Shown one piece after another: positions 26,043-39,610 of a stretch of DNA of 64,000 nucleotides. The DNA is taken from positions 372,001 through 436,000 of the forward strand of contig OX597822.1 of NCBI GenBank assembly GCA_951406725.2, given 5' to 3'. Source of the stretch: Octopus vulgaris. Its lineage: Eukaryota. Each line of letters starts with the position of its first letter. Position 1 is the first letter of the stretch. The notes beneath the pieces were generated by a model. The model saw only the letters and a program-made list of their open reading frames with translations, was not told the origin of the DNA and ran no database searches. The position numbers and the translations under genes are program-made.

Positions 26043-26367
26043 TCTTTTATACTTTTACCTGTTTACAGTCATTTGACGGCAGCCATGCTGGATCCCGGCC
26101 TTCAGTCGAACAGTTCGACCCCAAGACTTATTCTCTGTAAGCCTAGTACTTATTCTATTGGTCTCTTTTGCCGAACCGCTAAGTTACGGGGACGTAAACA
26201 CACCAATATCGGTTGTCAAGCGATAGTGGGAGAACAAACACAGACACACAAATACACACATGCACACACACTCACACACGCGCATACACACACACATACG
26301 ACAAACTGAACCCGGAACCATGTGGTTGGGAAGCAAGCTTCTTACCACACAGCCACGCTTGCGCCTA
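26043..26367 (-). mobile_element. SINE family A with internal deletion
   Basis: Tail and head present; the middle block is missing after acgacaaa. Confidence 0.8.
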
Positions 26368-26424
26368 TGTAAATAAAATAATTAAGGTAATGCTATGCAA
26401 CTTCGTAATAACCATTATTATTAC

Positions 26425-26461
<37 letters not shown>

Positions 26462-26648
26462 GTTGTTGTTGTTGTTGTTGTTTTTGTTTTTGTTGATATC
26501 TATCTATCTATCTATCTTTACATACATACACACATATATATATAGTTAATCCAAACAAGAAAGCACAAAAAACACCACAACGCGAGGACGTGGAACAAAT
26601 ATAGTATTATTGGACGCTCATATATATTTATACATACATACATACATG

Positions 26649-26717
<69 letters not shown>

Positions 26718-26737
26718 TTATACACACGCATATATAT

Positions 26738-26793
<56 letters not shown>

Positions 26794-27394
26794 TTATACA
26801 CACACGCATACATGTGTGTGTGTGTGTTTGTGCGTGACGCTGGGATATTTGTTTGGTTGACAGAACAAAAATTTGTGTGAAGTTTGAAATACAAAAATAT
26901 TTATTTTAGCGTCGACAAAAACGCTGTTGTTGCGGCGAATTTACACAGTTCGTTTACGTTCGCTAGGCATGAATGTATCAACACTGGTAATGGATTGTTG
27001 CAGTCGTTGACTTCTTTATCCGAAGTTGAGTTCCCATAGGTAGTCGAATTTTGCTGTGTCACGACCACTGATCAGCCACCAGACAAACTGCCTGTATACA
27101 ACCCTAGGCTGTTAAAGGAAAGGTCCTAAAGACAAAGACAAAATCGTTAATGAGATTACAATATGTTGTTTATCCCAAAATGTTTACGACAACTGGGATG
27201 TTAATGGGTTAAATCATCTGTCTGTCGTTGTTATTGTGATTTTGTTGGTCGACTAGCTACTGATAAAAAACAAATACATAATCGTTTTATCAGAAGTTTG
27301 AATGGTTCGTAGCTGGGTGACATCATCAGTCCCTGACACAAACCTGTTTGTAGGCAGTGAATTGGCGCTTGAAACCTTGCCAATATTTCTTATG

Positions 27395-27441
<47 letters not shown>

Positions 27442-27574
27442 TTGGAAGAGGCTGCGTGGCGTTCAATCATATAATAATATAAATAATATATATATATATA
27501 AATAATATATATATATGCATATATACATACGTATATGTACATACTTCTATACGTATATATATGCTTATGTGGGC

Positions 27575-28215
27575 ACAGGACGTCACAAAACGTGTACAAC
27601 AACAACAGAAAAATACGAAGCACGAGTACATAGAACATGAACTATTTTTTCGAACAACAAAAGGCACAAATGGAAAACAAAACAAACAACACAAAGAACT
27701 ACCCTTCATCAGTTGTTGCTTGTTTTTCTACTCCTGTATTACGAGCATTTAACAACAATATATGCTTTCGATAAAACAGTTGCTCCGGCAAAGCAAATTA
27801 AATAAAATTTGAGATTTTGCGGAGGGTCAAAATTGGTAACACAAACAGGACAGTGAAAGCAAACAGGAAGGGCTGCTAAGCCTAAACGATGTTGTGGTGG
27901 CGAACGCGTAAATCAAGCTTGGACAGGAGACAGACAAGAACACGTCTGCCTTGTTCTAGCTACAATGGTGAAAAGGAAAGATGACCGATGGTCACGTGGG
28001 AACCACGCGAGAAAGGGAGCAGGAGTGAGAGAGAGAGAGAGAGTGGCAGAATAATAGGGTAGAATAGTGGGAGAAGAGGAGGTAAAAGAATAAGAGAGAG
28101 AAAGAGAGAAAACGAAAGAGTAAAAAAATCGTATAGAGTGCGTATCAGAATTATTAAAATAAAACTTACTTGGAAGAGGATGCGTGGTGTTCAATATAAT
28201 GATAATAATAATATA
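27575..28215 (-). mobile_element. Probable PLE terminal-region fragment (related to 53715-53885)
   Basis: Shares ggac..aaaacgt..gaact.ttttttcga.caac..aaagaa..tcagttg with 53715-53885; minus strand carries ctgatgaagg. Confidence 0.4.
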
Positions 28216-28221
28216 TATATT

Positions 28222-28612
28222 ATTTTACTTGTTTCAGTCATTTGACCGCAGCCAAGCTGGAAAACCGCCTTAAAGTGATTTTGTCGAACAATTCGACCGC
28301 AGGACTTATTTTTAAGCCTAGTACTTATTCTATCGGTCTCTTACGCCGAACCGCTAAGTTACGGGGACGTAAACACACCAACACCTGTTGTCAAGCGATG
28401 ATGGGGGGACAAACACAGACGTAAACACACTCGCGCAGATATATACACATATATACGACGGGCTTCTTGCAGTTTCCGTCCACCAAGTCTACTCACTGGG
28501 ATTTGATCAGCCCCAGGCTATAGCAGAAGACACTTACTCAAGTGCCATGCCGTGGGACTGAACCCGGAATCATGTGGTTGGGAAGCAAGCTTCTTGCCAC
28601 ACAGCTGTCCCT
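28222..28612 (-). mobile_element. SINE family A
   Basis: Full tail-to-head match. Confidence 0.85.
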
Positions 28613-28626
28613 ATGTAAAAATGTGT

Positions 28627-28689
<63 letters not shown>

Positions 28690-28769
28690 AAGGGTGGAAA
28701 GGAACACACGAGTTGATATATATGAAAAAACAAGTCAAAAATAGAAAATGCTAAGATGATTTTATAGTG

Positions 28770-28821
28770 AATCTTTCAGTACCGGTTTCGGTCATTTTGA
28801 GACCTTTCAACTGTAACGATT
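28770..28821 (-). ncRNA. Minimal hammerhead in the PLE 3' end (core one A short)
   Basis: Minus strand aatc-gtta-cag TTGAAA ggtc-tcaaaat-gacc GAAA ccg GTA ctg-aaa-gatt. Confidence 0.65.
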
Positions 28822-29363
28822 AAATAATTAAATTTAGAAAAATTTAGAAAAATTAGAAGAAAGGTTTTTTTAAAGGAATACTTCCATAGTAGTGTTCAGA
28901 TATAGGTGGCATTCTGCCTTTCTCTGACTCCCTTGTTTGCACTTGTGTATTCGAGGTCGTTGTGAGTTCTTGAGGGGGTGGGAGTGGGAAAATCTGGGCT
29001 GGTCAGTGGCGACCGGCAGTCGCTGCGTAGGCGTTATACTTAAAGACATTAGTGACAAGGTTAAGGGGTAGAAGGTGGAGAAGTAGAAGAAGAAGAAGAA
29101 GATGACGGTGCCGATGATGATGACGATGAAGAAGAAGAAGGAGAAGGAGAAGATGACGATGATGATGGTGGTGATGACGATGACGACGATGATGATGATA
29201 ATGATGATGATGAAGAAGAAGAAGAGGAAGAAGAAGAAAAAAACAGAGAAGGGAGAATATGAATGGGTGAAGATATAGCTGTGATGGGGCGATTAGTAAT
29301 GGATTCTATGGAATGTAATATTTGTGTGTGTATATATTTCTTTTATTCTTAAGTTGAGGTATA

Positions 29364-30878
29364 TTAATTGTTTGTCGTAGACCCGTTAAGAAGTGGCCTG
29401 TATTTTATAATAAAGAGATTTTCTTTACTTATTCGTTGTCTCGAGGTTGTATCGTCCCTAAATTGGTAGAGGGGGTAAATTCTGAAGTTTGGTGTTTTTT
29501 TGTTGGCGCAAGTATCTATGTGTTGGCTAAAAGCTATTTTTCTGTTTTGGGGAATTTTTATCTGGGATCTGTGCAGGGCCATTCGTTTACTCAAACCATT
29601 TTTTTGTTTGGCCTATGTACTGCTCTTGACACCCGGAGCAGGTTAGTGAGTATATTAGGTTCTCCGAAGCACATGTGAAGTTACTTTTCACTGTAAACCG
29701 TTGTCCCTGTTTGAAGGAGAACTCAGAACCCTCGATTAGATAGTCGCACATCCCGCAATTGGGTCTTCCACATTTTTTTACTGTCGGCTTCTGTGTTGAA
29801 GAGTGAATTCGGGCTTGTGTTAGGAGACTTTTCATGGATCTAGGCTGTCTTTTGCTTTTTATGATCGTGTGTGTTTGGAGGATTGTGTTCATTCTGTGGT
29901 CTTTTTTTAGGAGGGGTATGTTGTGGAGGATGGTGCCGAAGGCTTCGTTATTGAGAGGGTTGTGTGTGGAGATGTATGGTAAGGCTTTTGGTTGTAAGTT
30001 TTTCTTTGATTTGGGATGTCTCAGTTCCTTGATGTTAAGTTGAAGGGCACGTTGAATGCACTTGTCAATAAGTGAAGGTGGATAGTTCCTGGTGATAAGG
30101 GTATCTTTTAGTTCTTGTAGTCGTGTGTCTCTGGTGTTTGCGTTAGAAACTATAGTGCATATCCTTTTTGCTAGATTGAAGGGGATATTCATCCTGGTGT
30201 GTCTGGGGTGGCATGAATTGAATGGAATATATTGCTTAGAGTCTGTAGGCTTATAGTATATGTCTGTTTCTATTATATTATTAGCTTTCTTAATGAGGAT
30301 ATCGAGGAAGGGAAGTTGTTGCTGGCTATATTCCATCGTGAATTGGATGTTTACGTCCAGCCCGTTTAAAATTTCCTGGAATTCTATGAGTTTTTCTATA
30401 TTTTTATGCCAAAGAATGAAACAGTCATCTAGATATCTCTTCCAGTTGTTTTCTATGTAGATGGAGAAAGGGCTGCCATATCTTTCTAGAACCTTACGAT
30501 ACAGACTGATCTCTAGGTATCCTATGACTAGGTTGGCAAAGGAGGGGGCCATTCGTGTACCCATCGCAGTCCCCGATTTTTGTCGGTAGAAGTTGTCATT
30601 GAAGGCGAAGAAGTTATTTTCCAGGATGAATTTAACCCCTTCTATCACGAATTCTTTTTTGATGCGGTGTGGTAGTTCGTTGGCGTGATTCTCTAGCCAG
30701 AATTGGATTGCCTCTAGTCCTAGGTTGTGGGGGATAATGGAGTAGAGGTTGACTACATCGAAGGATACCAGTATGGTGTTTTGGTTTATAGTATTCGGTA
30801 GGTGATTGAGCATATCTAAGTCGTCCCTTATATAGCTTTTGACATGTTTGAGGAGTGGTTTTAACAGGGTGTCTAAAA
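29364..30878 (-). pseudogene. PLE reverse transcriptase plus GIY-YIG endonuclease (5'-truncated, frameshift near 29600)
   Basis: RT motifs SFDVVNLYS, GTAMGTRMAPSFANL, RYLDD and LPFLDI; Cys linker CGRPNCGMC; endonuclease NLIYSLTCSGCQEQYIGQT. A T7 run (A6 in the other arm) breaks the frame. Confidence 0.92.
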
Positions 30879-31198
30879 AGCAACTTCACATGTGCTTCGG
30901 AGAACCTAATATACTCACTAACCTGCTCCGGGTGTCAAGAGCAGTACATAGGCCAAACAAAAAATGGTTTGAGTAAACGAATGGCCCTGCACAGATCCCA
31001 GATAAAAATTCCCCAAAACAGAAAAATAGCTTTTAGCCAACACATAGATACTTGCGCCAACAAAAAAACACCAAACTTCAGAATTTTCCCCTCTACCAAT
31101 TTAGGGACGATACAACCTCGAGACAACGAATAAGTAAAGAAAATCTCTTTATTATAAAATACAGGCCACTTCTTAACGGGTCTACGACAAACAATTAA
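30876..31198 (+). pseudogene. Duplicated GIY-YIG coding segment in the inverted arm
   Basis: KSNFTCASENLIYSLTCSGCQEQYIGQTKNGLSKRMALHRSQIK; frameshifted near 31088. Confidence 0.85.
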
Positions 31199-31345
31199 TA
31201 TACCTCAACTTAAGAATAAAAGAAATATATATACACACACAAATATTACATTCCATAGAATCCATATCTGAACACTACTATGGAAGTATTCCTTTAAAAA
31301 AACCTTTCTTCTAATTTTTCTAAATTTTTCTAAATTTAATTATTT

Positions 31346-31398
31346 AATCGTTACAGTTGAAAAGGTCTCAAAATGACCGAAACTGGTACTGAAAGATT
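31346..31398 (+). ncRNA. Minimal hammerhead with U3-A8 covariant core
   Basis: aatc-gtta-cag TTGAAAA ggtc-tcaaaat-gacc GAAA ctg GTA ctg-aaa-gatt. Confidence 0.75.
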
Positions 31399-31440
31399 CA
31401 CTATAAAATCATCTTAGCATTTTCTATTTTTGACTTGTTT

Positions 31441-31489
<49 letters not shown>

Positions 31490-31507
31490 TGCATACATGC
31501 ATACATA

Positions 31508-31585
<78 letters not shown>

Positions 31586-31595
31586 CATACATATG

Positions 31596-31847
31596 TGGAG
31601 GCGCAATGGCTCAGTGGTTAGGGCAGTGGACTCGCGGTTGTAGGATCGCGGTTTCGATTCCCAGACCGGGCGTTGTGAGTGTTTATTGAGCAAAATAAAA
31701 TCTCAGCTTTCTCTCACTCTTTCTTCTGTTGGCCTGCTCGCTTAGCCAGTGGGATGGCGTCATTTGAAGGCTAAAACAATGCGAAGCACATTGTGACCAG
31801 CGATGTGTAGCAACATCAGATAGCCTGGTCGGTCACGGTGACGGTGA
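31596..31847 (+). mobile_element. tRNA SINE (B-related head 2 with tail 3)
   Basis: A box tggctcagtgg, B box gtttcgattcc; tail shared with 3315-3432. Confidence 0.8.
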
Positions 31848-32698
31848 TATATACATATGTATGTACACGTGTATAGACACATAGCTGTATACATGACCAT
31901 CTTCGTGCTTTGATTCTGGTCACCCGAGGATGCGCATGTATACAGTTATTGTTGAATCATATTAATGCAATAATTCTCCTGTGAGGCGTGCTTTGTTTGA
32001 GATGCTACTGTATAATTTGATGCAGATTTGGCTGCTATTTTTAGCAGGTCAGGTGATCACTTAGAAGTTCCCTTGTTGGTTTGTTATTCTTGTTGTTTGT
32101 GCTAGTGGTGGCGATGGTAGTGGTGAAGTAGGTGACTGGCATAACAATATAGATAAGAAAAAGGCGGGATACGGGTAAAGAAGCTGTTGCTGATGATAGA
32201 GGTGATGATGATGATGATGATGATGAAGAAGATGCTGATGGTGCTGGTGCTAGATGTGGTAATGATGCTACTGTTGATGCTGCTGTCTCCACTGATGGCG
32301 GTGGTGGTGGCGTTATGATGATAATGATAATGATGATGATGACGGTGATGATGATGATGATGATGCTTATTATTATATTAGGAATGGTCACGAGAGCGAT
32401 GGTCAAAAATGTATCATGTATCTAGTGTCTAGTCTTAATCTTCGCTTCCGCCCCTTTTTCAACTGCCTCCTCCTCTTTCTCCTCCCTTCTCCTCTCCTTT
32501 CTCCTCCTCCTCCTTCTCCGCCTTCTCTTCTTCATTCTCATCGTCCTCCGCCTCCTCCTCCTCCTCCTCCTCCTCCTCCTCCTCATTATCACCGTCGTCG
32601 TCATTGTCGTTCATAAACGCGCAACGCATGTAGATATGAATACATGCATGTGATATGTGTATTCTTTGGACTAACTTTATATACATACATATATATAC

Positions 32699-32759
<61 letters not shown>

Positions 32760-32837
32760 AAGTTAATCCAAACAAGAAAGAACAAAAAAACACAACAACG
32801 CAAAGACGGTGAACATATATATATATATATGTTTATA

Positions 32838-33172
32838 TGCACATGGCTCAGTGGTTAGAGCGTTGAGCTTACGATCGTGAGGTTGTGAGCTCGAATCCCG
32901 GACCGGACTGCGTGTTGTGTTCTTGAGCAAGACACTTTATTTCACGTTGCTCCAGTTCCCTCAGCTGTAGAAATGAGTTGCGACGTCACAGGTGCCAAGC
33001 TGTATCGACCTTTGTCTTTCCCTTGGATAACATCAGTGGCGTGGAGAGGGGAGGCCGGTATGCATGGATGACTACTGGTCTTCCATAAAACAACCTTGCC
33101 CAGACTTGTGCCTCAGAGGGTAACTCTCTAGGTGCAAATCCATGGTCACTCATGACCGAAGGGGGTCTTTAC
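32838..33172 (+). mobile_element. SINE family B, full length
   Basis: Colinear with 14037-14370 and 40355-40690. Confidence 0.88.
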
Positions 33173-33187
33173 CCTTTTATATATATA

Positions 33188-33252
<65 letters not shown>

Positions 33253-33280
33253 ATGTATAAATATATATACATATATTTTT

Positions 33281-33558
33281 TTACTCTTTTACTTGTTTCA
33301 GTCATTTGACTGCGGCCATGCAGGAGCACCGCCTTTAGTCGAGCAAATCGACCCCGGGAATTATTCTTTGTAAGCCCAGTACTTACAACCGATGCTGGTG
33401 TGTTTACGTCCCCGTCACTTAGCGGTTCGGCAAAAGAGACCGATAGAATAAGTACTGGGCTTACAAAGAATAAGTCCCGGGATCGATTTGCTCGACTAAA
33501 GGCGGTGCTCAAGCATGGCCGCAGTCAAATGACTGAAACAACTAAAAGAGTAAAGAGT
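33281..33558. mobile_element. Head-to-head inverted dimer of SINE-A 3' tails
   Basis: 33281-33385 is the reverse complement of ~33449-33552; the spacer is further SINE-A sequence on the plus strand. Confidence 0.85.
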
Positions 33559-33606
33559 AATATCTTTATATATACATATATATAAATATATATTTATATA
33601 CATATA

Positions 33607-33657
<51 letters not shown>

Positions 33658-33664
33658 CATATCT

Positions 33665-33714
<50 letters not shown>

Positions 33715-33753
33715 CATATCTTTATATATATATATATATATATACGTATATAA

Positions 33754-33837
<84 letters not shown>

Positions 33838-33843
33838 GCATAC

Positions 33844-33893
<50 letters not shown>

Positions 33894-33899
33894 TTCTCT

Positions 33900-34301
33900 T
33901 TACTCTTTTCTCTTTTTACTTGTTTCAGTCATTTGACTGCGGCCATGCTGGAGCACCGCCTTTAGTCGAGCAAATCGACCCCGGGACTTCTTCATTGTAA
34001 GCTCAGTACTTATTCAATCGGTCTCTTTTGACGAACCGCTAAGTGACAGGGACGTAAACACACCAGCATCGTTTGTCAAGCAATGCTAGGGGGACAAACA
34101 CAGACACACAAACATATACACACACATACATATATATATACATATATACGACAGGCTTCTTTCAGTTTCCGTCTACCAAATCCATTCACAAGGCTTTGGT
34201 CGGCCCGAGGCTATAGTAGAAGACACTTGCCCAAGATGCCACGCAGTGGGACTGAACCCGGAACCATGTGATTGGTTAGCAAGCTACTTACCATACAGCC
34301 A
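33900..34301 (-). mobile_element. SINE family A, well preserved
   Basis: Full match to 45721-46115. Confidence 0.88.
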
Positions 34302-34355
34302 AACTTTTTTCGAAAAAAATTATTTTCCAAAATTGTTTTCGTTTGCTCTTATCTA

Positions 34356-34398
<43 letters not shown>

Positions 34399-34432
34399 GT
34401 ATCTATACATACATATATACATACACACACAC

Positions 34433-34507
<75 letters not shown>

Positions 34508-34515
34508 AGCACATG

Positions 34516-34865
34516 TGGAGGCGCAATGGCCCAGCGGACTCGCGATCGTGGGACCGCGGTTTCGATTCCCAGACCGGGTGTTTTGAGTGTTTACAACACC
34601 TAAAGCTCCACGAACTGTGGTGGCGAACTCTGCTGTACTCTTTCACTACAACTTTCTCTCACTCTTTCTTCCTGCTTCTGTTGTACCTGTATTACAAAGG
34701 GCCAGCCTTGTCACACACTGCGTCACGCTGAATCTTCCCGAGAACTACGTTAAGGATACACGTGCCTGTGGAGTACTCAGCCACTTACACGTTAATTTCA
34801 TGAGCTGGCTATTCCATTGATCGGATCAACTGGAACCCTCGTCGTCGTAACCGACGGAGTGCCAC
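34516..34865 (+). mobile_element. tRNA SINE (head 2 with tail 2)
   Basis: Head as at 31596; tail gccagccttgtcacac...gacggagtgcca as at 40770-40940 (reverse). Confidence 0.8.
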
Positions 34866-35472
34866 AAAACGCACACACATACATATTTACATATACACAT
34901 CTATATATATACATATTTACATATACACATCTATATATATACATATATACATATACATATATGTATATATACATATACATACACGCACATAACGTTGGCT
35001 CGTAAAACAGTGTAATTTCACAGGAAAGGGGCCAAAAGTGATATGCTTAATGGAAAGGGAGAGAAGCGAGGACGTTGCGGTTAGGTATTTGAGTGGGTAG
35101 GTTCGTAATTATGAAATTAGTTCTATAGGTAGTTTCGTGGGTAGGTAGTCAGGAAGGTAAGCGGGTAGGTTGGACGTTTTGAAGTAAAATAACAACAATA
35201 TAAATTAGCAAATTGAAAAGAGCGGAAAAGAAAAGAAGAAAGTGGTCAAAGGAAACGATTACCGGAAGTAAGAGAACTGGAGGTAATGAAAGTTAGGAAA
35301 GATGAATTAGAAACGGAAAGAAAGAAAAAGAGTGAATAAGAGAGAGAGGGAGAGAGGGAGAGGGAGAAAGAGGGATAGAGAGAGAGGAAGGGGAGAGGAA
35401 GAGGAAGAGGGAGAAAGAGGGATAGAGAGAGAGGGAAAGGGAGAGGGAGAAAGAGAGAGAGAGAGGGAGAGG

Positions 35473-35505
<33 letters not shown>

Positions 35506-35661
35506 TAAATGAGACAGTGAAGAAATGAAGAGCATCTTGATAATTTCTGTCTTTTTGTTGCCAATATGGCGCCGGTTTTTACTAGGCGTCGGAAAGATGT
35601 CCCGATTCATTAGAGAGTGACCTTAACCACATGCTCCATCAATTATGATGCGGGAGGGAAG

Positions 35662-35711
<50 letters not shown>

Positions 35712-35882
35712 CAGAAGAAGAAGAAGAAGAAGAAGAAGAAGAATAGAGCGAAGGGGTTTGTTAGTTAAATTGAAGAATTTGGTGGAAAGCCATTTTGTAA
35801 TGCTTTATGCCTTGAATTTTGTTTTCTCCGTTTGTTCCTCCTACATACCATGTATGTGTGTATGTATGCAATATAGGTAAAA

Positions 35883-35927
<45 letters not shown>

Positions 35928-35930
35928 CAC

Positions 35931-36010
35931 ATTTAGAGGAGTGGTGGTGGGGGACTTTTTGGGGGTAGGTGCAAAATGATCATACTTGGGGGAGTGGTCA
36001 AGGTAATAAA
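35931..36010 (-). repeat. Dispersed repeat; inverted partner at 38712-38793
   Basis: atttagaggagtggtggtgggggactttttgggggtagg...ggtcaaggtaata and its reverse complement. Confidence 0.8.
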
Positions 36011-36524
36011 AAAAAAAAAAAAAAAATAAAAAAAAATAAAAAAAAAAAAATAAAAAAAAAAAAATATAAAAAATAAAAAAATAAAAAAAATGCATGTAAA
36101 AAAATATATATGTATATATATTTGCATGTATATATATATATATATATATGTGTATATATATGTGTATATATGTGTATATATATATGTATGTGCTTGTATG
36201 TGTGTGTGTGTGTGTATATGTGTATATGTGTTTGTATGTATATGTGTATATATGTATATGCATATGTATGTGTAAATGTATGTGCTTATGTATGTGTATG
36301 TATGTATAAAATATTATATAATTAGGGCTTAGGAAAATAAAATAAATTACTTTGCCACATACCAAACTTTCTAGAAATAGCAGCCAATAAAGTTTTTTAG
36401 CCTCTTCCACTACTTAGAGAATTTTTTTCCCTCTAACATTGTTTACTCAAAATAATAATGGTCCCTTTACATACTGAACACTTGATGAAATTGATTAATA
36501 ACTAATTAACTTTACCCTCCCTTG

Positions 36525-36558
36525 TTGATATATATATACATATGTATATGTGTACATG

Positions 36559-36605
<47 letters not shown>

Positions 36606-37251
36606 ATGTGTGTATGTATGTATTTGTATATGTGTGTGTGTATATGTATGTGTGCGCGTGTGTGTGTATGTTTGTGTATGTATACTTGTATATGTATATG
36701 CATGAATGTATATATATGTGTGTGTATATGTGTATTATGTTTGTATTTATATAGATATGTAGTTTATATATATATATATGTATGTATATGCATCTGTCTG
36801 TGTGTGTGTATATGTATATATGTGTATCATTTTTGCGTATGTATACATGTATATGTGTATATGTATGTGTGTGTGTGTGTGTACGTATGTATATATATAT
36901 ATATATATATGTGTGTGTATATATGTGTGTGTATATATATATATATATGCATGCGTATGTGTATGTACATGTATATATGTATGTGTGTATATGTATATAT
37001 GTCTATATATGTGAGTATGTAGTAATATAAGTATATGCATGTGTATGTATGGGTATGTGTATCAGTGTATATGTATATATGTATGTGTGTGTGTGTATGT
37101 ATATGTATGTATATGTGTATATATGTATGCGTGTATGTGTATATATATATATGTGTATATATATATATGTGTATATGTGTGTGTACGTATGTGTATGTGT
37201 ATGTATGTGTATGTATGTCTATATGTATGTATATGTGTGTGTATATATATA

Positions 37252-37293
<42 letters not shown>

Positions 37294-37813
37294 TGCGTGT
37301 GTGTATGTATGCATATATGTATGTATGCATGTATATGTGTATGTATATATATGTGTGTAAGTGTGTGCATATATGTATTTGTAAGTATGTGTGCGCGTAT
37401 GAGTATGTATGTATGCTTGCACACGTGTATATATATATGTGTGTGTGTGTATTTATATGGATGCGCGTGCGTGTGTGCACGTGTATGGGTACGCATGTAT
37501 ATGTGTATGTGCGTGTATGCGTATACGTGTATGTATGTATGTGTGTGCGTAGATTTGTATATGTATGTGTGAGTGTGTATATATATATATATATATATAT
37601 ACATATATATAGATGGGTGTGTGTATGCGTATAAATGCATGTAAGTATGGATGTATAGATGTATGTATGTATGTATACGTATGTATGTGTGTATGTGTGT
37701 ATGTATATATATGTGTGTGTATATATGTTTGTGTATGTATATATATATGTGTATGTATGTGTGTGTATGTGTATGTGTGTATGTGTAGGTATCTGTATAT
37801 ATGTATATATATA

Positions 37814-37871
<58 letters not shown>

Positions 37872-37970
37872 TATGTATCTGTATGTAGGAGTATATATGT
37901 GTGTGTGTGTATGTATATGCGGGTATATATATATATATATATATGTATATTTATTGGTGTATATGTATAG
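36525..37970. repeat. Degenerate mixed (TA/TG/TATG)n microsatellite block
   Basis: Almost pure alternating purine-pyrimidine sequence. Confidence 0.9.
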
Positions 37971-38328
37971 ACTAGCCTCCTAAAGTGTAGACACGAATCT
38001 GTAGGTACGAGTACGTATGTGTATATACGTGAACGTATGTAGATGTTTGTATGTATGAATATAACGCGTGCGTACGTGTATGTGTATGAGTGTACGAATG
38101 GGTGAATGTACGTGCTAATGAGTGTGCGTGCGGGAATGAGTACTTGCCTTCTAGTAGACAGACAAACGGACAAGCAGCTATTGCCAGGATTCTTAGCCCT
38201 AGCGATCAAAGATAACAAAAGTAATAAATGAAGATAATAAAATTAAAATTAGGGAATGGGCCTGTATTGGATTGTATATATATATATGTATATGTATATT
38301 TGTATGTATGTATGTGTGTATGTGTAGG

Positions 38329-38387
<59 letters not shown>

Positions 38388-38711
38388 AGATATATGTGTA
38401 TGTGCGTATGTGTGTGTAGATACGTATACATGTGTGTATAGGTATAAGTGAGAATCTCCTTATTTACCTATAACTCTATCCCCCCCCTTTTTTTATATAT
38501 ATATTTTATATATATATATTTTTATATATATATTTTTTTTATATATTATTTTTTTATATATATTTTTTTATATTTATATTATTATTATTTTTATATATAT
38601 TTTTTATATTTTTTATATTTTTTATATTTTTTATATTTTTTATTTTTATTTTTATTTTTATTCTTTTATTTTATCCTTTTATTTTTTTATTTTTTATTTT
38701 TTATATTTTTT

Positions 38712-38870
38712 TATTACCTTGACCACTCCCCCAAGTATGATATTTTGCGCTATGCCTACCCCCAAAAAGTCCCCCACCACCACTCCTCTAAATGTATAAA
38801 TGCTAATACAATTCTTGTTAAATAGCTTCCTGAAGATTTCTCTTGAATGAAACAGTACTAAAGCTCCTTC
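38712..38870 (+). mobile_element. Probable PLE terminal fragment with hammerhead-like motif
   Basis: agctt-c-CTGAAGA-tttctcttgaat-GAAA-cagtact-aaagct at 38824-38865, followed by (TA)n. Confidence 0.45.
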
Positions 38871-38880
38871 TATATAATAA

Positions 38881-38925
<45 letters not shown>

Positions 38926-39336
38926 CAGTGGGGCTATTTAGTTAAAAACATGTGTACCGATGACTGAACGTTAATAATTGCCGTTCATTTAATCACTTTA
39001 GACTTAAATTCTATTATAATAAACCTTGAGTCACAAAGAATAATTAAATTTTTTTTTAATGGGGTAAGTTTAAACAGGGAAAATTTAAATTATCTTAATT
39101 CAGTGTCTATCTATGAATAACGGAAATAAAACTATGATGTAATAATTTTAAGAGGGGATGAAAATGTTGCAGGTTTCTTCTTATGTTTCGGACTGCTTGT
39201 TGCTCATCAGTAATGATCTGCTTGATCTATACTGACCTCTAGCTAAGCATGAACAAGAACAAGAACATCAACAGCAATAACAACAAAAACAACAACATAA
39301 ATAACAACAACAACAACAACGACAACATAAATAACA

Positions 39337-39610
<274 letters not shown>

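Larger units (their letters stand above)
28690..31447 (-). mobile_element. Penelope-like retroelement (Neptune-like), 5'-truncated, with a head-to-head inverted second arm
   Basis: Main arm ~30878 to 28690 on the minus strand; 30876-31447 on the plus strand repeats the GIY-YIG and 3' end; both ends sit in (TA)n. Confidence 0.92.

Noticed and set aside
32041-32842. Pro-, Glu- or Arg-rich ORFs as host exons
   Set aside because: Trinucleotide microsatellites with no domain or splice support.
39175-39215. Hammerhead on the minus strand (CTGATGA...GAAAcata)
   Set aside because: Stems I and II do not pair convincingly.
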